Below are positions 58,640-64,000 of a stretch of 64,000 nucleotides of DNA, piece by piece (position 1 is the first letter of the stretch; every line of letters begins with the position of its first letter). This DNA is from Tagaea sp. (lineage in GTDB: Bacteria > Pseudomonadota > Alphaproteobacteria > CACIAM-22H2): NCBI GenBank assembly GCA_965228135.1, contig OZ245798.1, forward strand, positions 1,803,037 to 1,867,036, in the 5' to 3' direction. The translations under genes and the position numbers were made by a program. The notes under the pieces were generated by a model that worked only from the letters and a program-made list of their open reading frames with translations, ran no database searches and was not told the origin of the DNA.

Positions 58640-60273
58640 TGTTGCCCCCGGCCGACAGCTACGAACAGCTGCTGGCCAAGTTCCGCTGGGCGATCCCCGA
58701 CCGCTTCAATATCGGCGTCGATGTCTGCGACAGGCAGGACGCGACCAAGCCCGCGATCCTGTTCGACGACGATGCGGGTGCGGTCCGCGTCATCAAATTC
58801 GGCGAGTTGCGGGCCCTCACCAACCGTTTCGCCAACGCGCTGGGCGCCTTGGGCCTCGCGCGCGGCGATCGTGTGGGCATCCTGCTGCAACAAAGCCCGG
58901 AAACGGCGGTGGCGCATATCGCTTCGTATAAAGCGGGCCTGATCGCCGTGCCGTTGTTCGTGCTGTTCGGCGAGGACGCGCTTGAGTATCGGCTGGGCGA
59001 TTGCGGGGCGGCCTGCGTCGTCACCGATCTTGCGCAATTGCCCAAGCTGCTGGCGATCCGCGCCAGCCTGCCCGCTTTGCGCGCCATCGTCGTCGTCGAC
59101 GGCAAGGGCATCGACGGCACCCACGATTTCCAAGCGCTGCTCGACAAAGCGTCGGATGCGTTCACGCCGGTCGATACGGCGGCGGACGATCCGGCCCTCA
59201 TCATCTACACCTCCGGCACCACGGGAAATCCCAAGGGCGCCTTGCACGCGCATCGCGTGTTGCTCGGCCATTTGCCGGGCGTGGAGATGCCGCAGGATCT
59301 GTTCCCGCAGCCGGGCGATCTGTTCTGGACCCCCGCCGATTGGGCGTGGATCGGCGGCTTGCTCGACGTCCTGCTGCCGTCGTTGCATCACGGCGTGCCG
59401 GTGCTGGCCAAGCGCCTGCGCAAATTCGAGCCCGACGCCGCCTACGCGCTGATGGCGCGCCACAAGGTGCGAAACGTGTTTTTCCCGCCGACCGCGTTGA
59501 AGTTGATGCGCGGTGCCCCCGTTCCCGCCGGCCATGGCGCTGCTTTGCGCTCCATCGGCTCGGGCGGCGAAACGCTGGGCGAAGAACTGCTCGATTGGGG
59601 CCGCGGCACCTTCGGCGTCACGATCAACGAATTCTACGGCCAGACCGAATGCAATCTGGTCGTCGCCAATTGCGGCAAGCTTTATCCGGTGCGGGCGGGT
59701 TCCATGGGCCGTGCGGCCGCCGGGCATCGCGTGGCGATCATCGACGAGGACGGCAACGAACTGCCCGACGGCGAGACCGGCGAGATCGCGGTGCGCCGCC
59801 CGGACCCGGTGATGTTCCTCGGCTATTGGAACAACGAGCGCGCGACGCGCGAGAAATTCGCCGGCGATTGGCTGAAGACCGGCGATCGCGGCCGGCGCGA
59901 CGGCCAAGGCTATTTCAAATATGTCGGCCGGGCGGACGACGTGATTACGTCGGCCGGTTATCGCATCGGCCCGGCGGAGATCGAGGATTGCCTGATCCGG
60001 CACCCAGCCGTCGCCATGGCCGCCGTGATCGGCGTGCCCGACCCGATCCGCACCGAAGCGATCAAAGCCTTTATCGTCGCCAAACCGGGGATAACGCCGG
60101 GCGACGATCTGGTGCGCGACCTGCAGGCGCATGTGCGCACGCGCCTGGCCGCGCACGAATACCCGCGCGAAATCGAATTCGTGTCCGAATTGCCGATGAC
60201 GGCGACGGGCAAGATCGTGCGCCGGGAACTGAAACGCCGCGAAGCTCAAAAACGCGAAGGGAAGACGCCATGA
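58639..60273 (+). CDS. AMP-forming acyl-CoA synthetase/ligase
   Basis: IYTSGTTGNPKG, YGQTE, and a GYRIGPAEIE...K C-terminal domain; 1-nt overlap (TGATG) with the pentapeptide gene. Confidence 0.9.
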   Translation: MLPPADSYEQLLAKFRWAIPDRFNIGVDVCDRQDATKPAILFDDDAGAVRVIKFGELRALTNRFANALGALGLARGDRVGILLQQSPETAVAHIASYKAGLIAVPLFVLFGEDALEYRLGDCGAACVVTDLAQLPKLLAIRASLPALRAIVVVDGKGIDGTHDFQALLDKASDAFTPVDTAADDPALIIYTSGTTGNPKGALHAHRVLLGHLPGVEMPQDLFPQPGDLFWTPADWAWIGGLLDVLLPSLHHGVPVLAKRLRKFEPDAAYALMARHKVRNVFFPPTALKLMRGAPVPAGHGAALRSIGSGGETLGEELLDWGRGTFGVTINEFYGQTECNLVVANCGKLYPVRAGSMGRAAAGHRVAIIDEDGNELPDGETGEIAVRRPDPVMFLGYWNNERATREKFAGDWLKTGDRGRRDGQGYFKYVGRADDVITSAGYRIGPAEIEDCLIRHPAVAMAAVIGVPDPIRTEAIKAFIVAKPGITPGDDLVRDLQAHVRTRLAAHEYPREIEFVSELPMTATGKIVRRELKRREAQKREGKTP

Positions 60274-60872
60274 CAGCGAAGACGATCGACTACTACTTCA
60301 CCCCGATGTCGCCCTGGGCCTATCTGGGGCATGAACGCTTCGTCGCCATCGCCAAACGGCACAACGCCCATATCGAAGTGAAGCCGGTCGATTACGGCCG
60401 CATCTTCCCCGTGTCGGGCGGCTTGCCGCTCGCCCAACGCCCCAAGCAGCGCCAAGCCTATCGCTTGATGGAATTGAAGCGTTGGCGCGAATTCCTGGGC
60501 ATGCCGCTGAACCTGCCGCCCAAGCATGCCCCCGTCCCGCCCGAACTCGCCGCACGCCTCATCATCGCCGCCGACATGAAGGAACTGAACGCGATGGCGC
60601 TATCGCTCGCCATCCATCGCGCGGCCTGGGTCGAGGAACGGGATATCTCCGATCCCGAAACGCTGAAGGCGATCTGCGCCGAAAACGGCCGCAAGCCCGA
60701 CTTCCTGTGGGAAGCCGAGCAGAACGAGGAAACCAAGCGCCGCTACGACGCCTATACCCAGGAAGCGATCGACCGCCAGGTCTTCGGCGCGCCGACTTAT
60801 ATCTATAAGGACGAGCTGTTCTGGGGCCAGGACCGGCTCGACTTCCTCGACCGCGCCCTCGCCAAGGGATGA
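60270..60872 (+). CDS. 2-hydroxychromene-2-carboxylate isomerase-family / DsbA-like thioredoxin-fold protein
   Basis: IDYYFTPMSPWAYLG...VFGAPTYIYKDELFWGQDRLDFL; overlaps the ligase stop (ATGA). Confidence 0.75.
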   Translation: MTAKTIDYYFTPMSPWAYLGHERFVAIAKRHNAHIEVKPVDYGRIFPVSGGLPLAQRPKQRQAYRLMELKRWREFLGMPLNLPPKHAPVPPELAARLIIAADMKELNAMALSLAIHRAAWVEERDISDPETLKAICAENGRKPDFLWEAEQNEETKRRYDAYTQEAIDRQVFGAPTYIYKDELFWGQDRLDFLDRALAKG

Positions 60873-60884
60873 CGGGGCGCGCGA

Positions 60885-61628
60885 TTAGAGGAACCCGAGC
60901 GTCGCCAGCGCTTTCGCCGCGATCCACAATCCGGCGGCGCCGATCAACGCGGCCGAAACGGTCGGCGCCCAGCGCGCGAACGCGTCGAACTTCCCGTCGA
61001 GACGCGCGGCCCCCCAGGCGGCCGCGAGTCCGACGGCGACCAGCGTCGCCGCGATACCGACGCTGAACGCGCCGACGAACGCCACCCCCAGCGCCAGCGC
61101 CTTGATCTGAAGGCACAGCAACAGCACGGCGATGGCCGACGGGCAGGGCGTCAAGCCGCCGGTCAAGCCGAACCAGATGACGGCGCCGCGCCCGACGCGG
61201 CCATCGGGCAGCGCGCCGCCGCCGTGATGATGGTGGCCGCGCCCATGGTGATGGTGATGGCCGTGATGCGGCGCATGCGCCGAGTTGATCCGCAGCAGCA
61301 GATAGGCCGCCAGCGCCAGCGCGATCAAACCCGAGGCAAGAGCGAGCCACGGCGCGAGGCGCTCTTCGATCAGATCGTCGCCCAGCGTCAGCGCCGCGAT
61401 CGCGATGCCCCAGACGATCAGCGTATGGCTCAACGCCGCCGACACGCCGAGCAGCACGGCGTCGACGCCGTCGCCGCGCGTCGCCACCATGAAGCTCGCC
61501 ATCAACGATTTCGAATGCCCGGGCTCCATCGCGTGCAAAGCGCCCAGCAACGCGGCGACCGGCAGCAGCAGCCATGGATGGGCGGCACCCGAAACGATCG
61601 CCTGTTCGATATCGGGCAAGCCGGTCAT
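60885..61628 (-). CDS. rcnA: nickel/cobalt efflux transporter RcnA
   Basis: NicO-family membrane protein with a His-rich loop HAPHHGHHHHHGRGHHHHGGG; it is the C-terminal 247 aa of the track ORF. Confidence 0.85.
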   Translation of the reverse strand: MTGLPDIEQAIVSGAAHPWLLLPVAALLGALHAMEPGHSKSLMASFMVATRGDGVDAVLLGVSAALSHTLIVWGIAIAALTLGDDLIEERLAPWLALASGLIALALAAYLLLRINSAHAPHHGHHHHHGRGHHHHGGGALPDGRVGRGAVIWFGLTGGLTPCPSAIAVLLLCLQIKALALGVAFVGAFSVGIAATLVAVGLAAAWGAARLDGKFDAFARWAPTVSAALIGAAGLWIAAKALATLGFL

Positions 61629-61900
61629 AGATACTTCGCCAAAACCTTCAACTCGCCCGAAGCCGCGCGGGCGGCGGCCCCGCCCTGCGCCACCGCATCG
61701 TCCAAACAATGCGCGATATGGTCGCCGATCAGCGATTTCTTGGCGCGTGCCACGGCCTGTTCGACCGCGTGCAGCTGCTGCGCGATGTCGACGCAAGGCC
61801 GGCCGCTTTCGATCATCGCGATCACGGTGCGCAAATGGCCTTCGGCGCGCTTCAGGCGCTTGGCGGTTTCCGGATGAGATTCGTGTTTGCCCATACCCAT
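61625..61900 (-). CDS. rcnR: RcnR/CsoR-family metal-sensing repressor
   Basis: RLKRAEGHLRTVIAMIESGRPCVDIAQQLHAVEQA (DUF156 fold); overlaps rcnA by ATGA. Confidence 0.8.
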   Translation of the reverse strand: MGMGKHESHPETAKRLKRAEGHLRTVIAMIESGRPCVDIAQQLHAVEQAVARAKKSLIGDHIAHCLDDAVAQGGAAARAASGELKVLAKYL

Positions 61901-61970
61901 ATCCTATCCTGGGGGTAGGGATACGGCAATCCGGCAAGGAATCCGCTTTCGGGCCGCGAAATCCGGGCCT

Positions 61971-62822
61971 TCAGACGGGAGCTGCGGCGAAACGCCAGGT
62001 CGGTTCGACGAATTCCTGCTGCGCCGCGACGGTCTGGATTTCGCGCGTTCCCGCTTCTTCGGTGCGTTTGAGCAGGCCGTAGATCGACGCGGTGGCGTTT
62101 TCCAGCGCCAGTTTCGGATCGCGCGTGCGCCCGAAATGGACGAAGAACAGCGCCGCGATCGCGTCGCCCGCCCCGTTGACGCTGACCTTCAGCATCGGCG
62201 TTTCGACCACGAAACGCTTGCCTTCGTGGGAGACCAGCATCGCGATCTTGTCGGCCGCCAAACCGTCGTGATGCAGGCTGGTCAGCAGGATCGTCTTGGG
62301 CCCGAGCTTATGGACGGCGTCGGCGGCCTTGCACGCGTCGGCCAGCGTCTTGACCGGCATGCCGGCGAGATATTCGAGCTCGAACTGATTGGGCGTGACG
62401 ATATCGGCCGCAGGCACGGCGCGGTCACGCATGAATTCGGGGATGCCGGGGCGCACGAACACGCCGCGCCCCACATCGCCGATCACCGGATCGCAGCAAT
62501 AAAGTGCCGCCGGGTTCGCGACCTTCACGCGGCGCGCGGCGTCGAGGATCGCTTCGCCGATCGCCGCATCGCCCATATAGCCCGAGACGACGCCATCGCA
62601 CGTCCCCAGCACGCCGCGATCGGCGATGCCTTCGAAGACTTCGCGCACCTGATCGGCCGGGAAGACCGGCCCGCGCCATTTGCCGTAGCCGGTGTGGTTC
62701 GAGAACATCACCGTATTGATCGCCCACACTTCGACGCCCAAACGCTGCATCGGGAACACGGCCGACGCGTTACCGACATGGCCATAGGCGACCCAGGATT
62801 GGATCGAGAGGACGTTGCGCAT
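61971..62822 (-). CDS. pdxY: pyridoxal/pyridoxamine kinase
   Basis: [28 protein letters not shown]...CDPVIGD...[11 protein letters not shown]. Confidence 0.85.
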   Translation of the reverse strand: MRNVLSIQSWVAYGHVGNASAVFPMQRLGVEVWAINTVMFSNHTGYGKWRGPVFPADQVREVFEGIADRGVLGTCDGVVSGYMGDAAIGEAILDAARRVKVANPAALYCCDPVIGDVGRGVFVRPGIPEFMRDRAVPAADIVTPNQFELEYLAGMPVKTLADACKAADAVHKLGPKTILLTSLHHDGLAADKIAMLVSHEGKRFVVETPMLKVSVNGAGDAIAALFFVHFGRTRDPKLALENATASIYGLLKRTEEAGTREIQTVAAQQEFVEPTWRFAAAPV

Positions 62823-62838
62823 ATCGGCGTTTTCCTTC

Positions 62839-63282
62839 CTAGACCAAGCCCAACGCCCGAAGCTCTTCGAGCATCGCGGGCGGCAAATTGGAACTGTGCT
62901 TGGCTTCCGCTTGCGTCAGGTCGGGCGGGGCCGCGTCGGCTTCGAAATAGCGCCAGCCCTGGAAGGCGCGCATCGGCTTCGGGCGCGTGCGCACCAGCTT
63001 GGGGGCCAGCAGAATGTCGCAATAGGGTTTGCCCTCGCGATCCTTGCCCGTCTTGAAGCCGGTGATCTTCTGGCGGCAGCGGATCACGCCCTTGATGACC
63101 CAATAGAGCGAGCCTTCGCCCGCAATCTCGTCGCCGCGTTTTGGCGCGTTGCGCGTCGTGTGCTTGAGCTGGGGCTTGGCCACGCCGCGCTTGCGCTGAT
63201 CGGCCAGACGCTTCTTCTGCCAGCCGGCCAGATCCTCGATGGAATCGCAGCCGACGCACAACTTCACCAAATGCAGGCTCAT
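62839..63282 (-). CDS. DUF1489-family protein
   Basis: MSLHLVKLCVGCDSIEDLAGWQ...GSLYWVIKG; the real CDS is the C-terminal 147 aa of the track ORF. Confidence 0.6.
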   Translation of the reverse strand: MSLHLVKLCVGCDSIEDLAGWQKKRLADQRKRGVAKPQLKHTTRNAPKRGDEIAGEGSLYWVIKGVIRCRQKITGFKTGKDREGKPYCDILLAPKLVRTRPKPMRAFQGWRYFEADAAPPDLTQAEAKHSSNLPPAMLEELRALGLV

Positions 63283-63779
63283 GCCTCGCCCTTCACCTGG
63301 GCGACCACCTTGTCGAGCATCGCCACCAGCTGACGTCCGATATCGCCGCCGTCGCCGGCCACGCCGTTGTTGATCACCACGACGATCGCATCGGCCGCCG
63401 CCTTCACCACCACCAGCGCCTTGGCGTCGAGGAAATCGGCCGCGTCGAGATAGCGGCACAGCTGATCGCCGAAACGCGTGATCAGCGGATAGCCATAGGT
63501 GCCGCCCTGGCCGCGCAGCTCGTGCGCCAGCATGTAAACGGTCTGGCGCTTTTCGATGTGATTGGGTTCGCGCAGCAACTCGGCGGCGGCGGCGGCGAGT
63601 TGGACGGATGCCGCCTTCGCCTGCTCTTCGAACTCGCCGCGCAAACCTTGCACGGCCGTTTCCATGCGTTTGACCGCACCGGCGTCCACGCCGCCATTGC
63701 CGACTTTCGCCTTCAACTGATTGGGCGGGTTCAGCACCTGGAATTTCTTCCCCGATGCGCCCGCGGCACCTTGCGACAT
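63279..63779 (-). CDS. putative Hpt-domain phosphotransfer protein
   Basis: VYMLAHELRGQGGTYGYPLITRFGDQL resembles an Hpt H-x-x-K/R-G motif. It is coupled (ATGA) downstream of a response-regulator gene. Confidence 0.4.
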   Translation of the reverse strand: MSQGAAGASGKKFQVLNPPNQLKAKVGNGGVDAGAVKRMETAVQGLRGEFEEQAKAASVQLAAAAAELLREPNHIEKRQTVYMLAHELRGQGGTYGYPLITRFGDQLCRYLDAADFLDAKALVVVKAAADAIVVVINNGVAGDGGDIGRQLVAMLDKVVAQVKGEA

Positions 63780-63782
63780 GAA

Positions 63783-64000
63783 CTAGGCTCCCTGCTGCTC
63801 GCGGCGCTCGGGGCCGATATAGCCGGCGGCCTTGCGCCCGCGCCGGCGGTCGGGGCCGAAGAACTCGCGCGTGCGGATATAGGGGCGCGGCCGTTCGATC
63901 AATTCCTCGATCCGCTGCGACAGCGATTGCGCCGACACGGGCTTGGCCAGGAATTCGGTCACGCCCAGATCGCGCGCCTTCAGCACGCGCGAGCGCTCGG
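63783..64000 (-). CDS. response-regulator receiver domain protein; 5' end lies beyond the window
   Basis: The C-terminal receiver-like tail LKARDLGVTEFLAKPVSAQSLSQRIEELIE has no upstream stop before the window edge. Confidence 0.5.
   Translation of the reverse strand, partial: ERSRVLKARDLGVTEFLAKPVSAQSLSQRIEELIERPRPYIRTREFFGPDRRRGRKAAGYIGPERREQQGA

Noticed and set aside
58600-60249. 549-aa minus-strand ORF antisense to the acyl-CoA synthetase
   Set aside because: Antisense to a gene with canonical AMP-binding motifs.

Overview
High-GC (~65-70%) chromosome segment, most likely alphaproteobacterial: MipZ, UPF0262, DUF1489, DUF2336 and the hisG-hisD-murA neighbourhood point that way. It reads as four blocks. 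(1) 1-13.35 kb is an aromatic-catabolism cluster: hmgA-fahA for homogentisate, a LuxR-type regulator, and a long minus-strand operon (Liv-type ABC transporter, a CYP116B-like self-sufficient P450 fused to a phthalate-dioxygenase-reductase domain, and an extra VanB-like reductase). A divergent VanA-like Rieske oxygenase and an IclR regulator complete the block. (2) ~13.46-23.18 kb is a lower-GC integrative, mobilizable island abutting the 3' end of an intact tRNA-Phe(GAA). It carries a large serine recombinase, a MobA/MobL (TraA-like) relaxase with a long uncharacterised C-terminal extension, an IS66 transposase remnant with a nonsense mutation, an XRE regulator and several unknown cargo proteins. 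No T4SS genes are present. Its left edge is marked by a tRNA-Lys(CTT)-like 3' fragment rather than a tRNA-Phe repeat. A shared inverted-repeat motif occurs on both sides of the relaxase gene, and perfect palindromes sit upstream of it; these are candidate oriT or recombination sites. (3) 23.3-47.8 kb is core housekeeping: tfoX-like, yacG, rng-like, maf, infA, hisD, hisG, murA, leuA and others. It also carries sulfur-oxidation parts: a persulfide-dioxygenase-like metallo-hydrolase with a rhodanese/YgaP neighbour, and a Tat-less three-subunit molybdoenzyme matching the SoeABC sulfite dehydrogenase layout. (4) 47.9-64 kb holds a small low-GC islet (secreted protein plus a peptidoglycan-binding, glycine-zipper protein), cell-envelope sugar genes (PMM, ugd, galU), mipZ with VWA and DjlA-like partners, a pentapeptide-repeat/acyl-CoA synthetase/DsbA-like isomerase operon, rcnR-rcnA, pdxY and a phosphorelay fragment. 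Translational coupling by 4-nt or 1-nt start/stop overlaps (ATGA, GTGA, TGATG) is pervasive. No CRISPR array or rRNA was found. Many long arginine-rich ORFs in the six-frame track are antisense artefacts of the high GC content.
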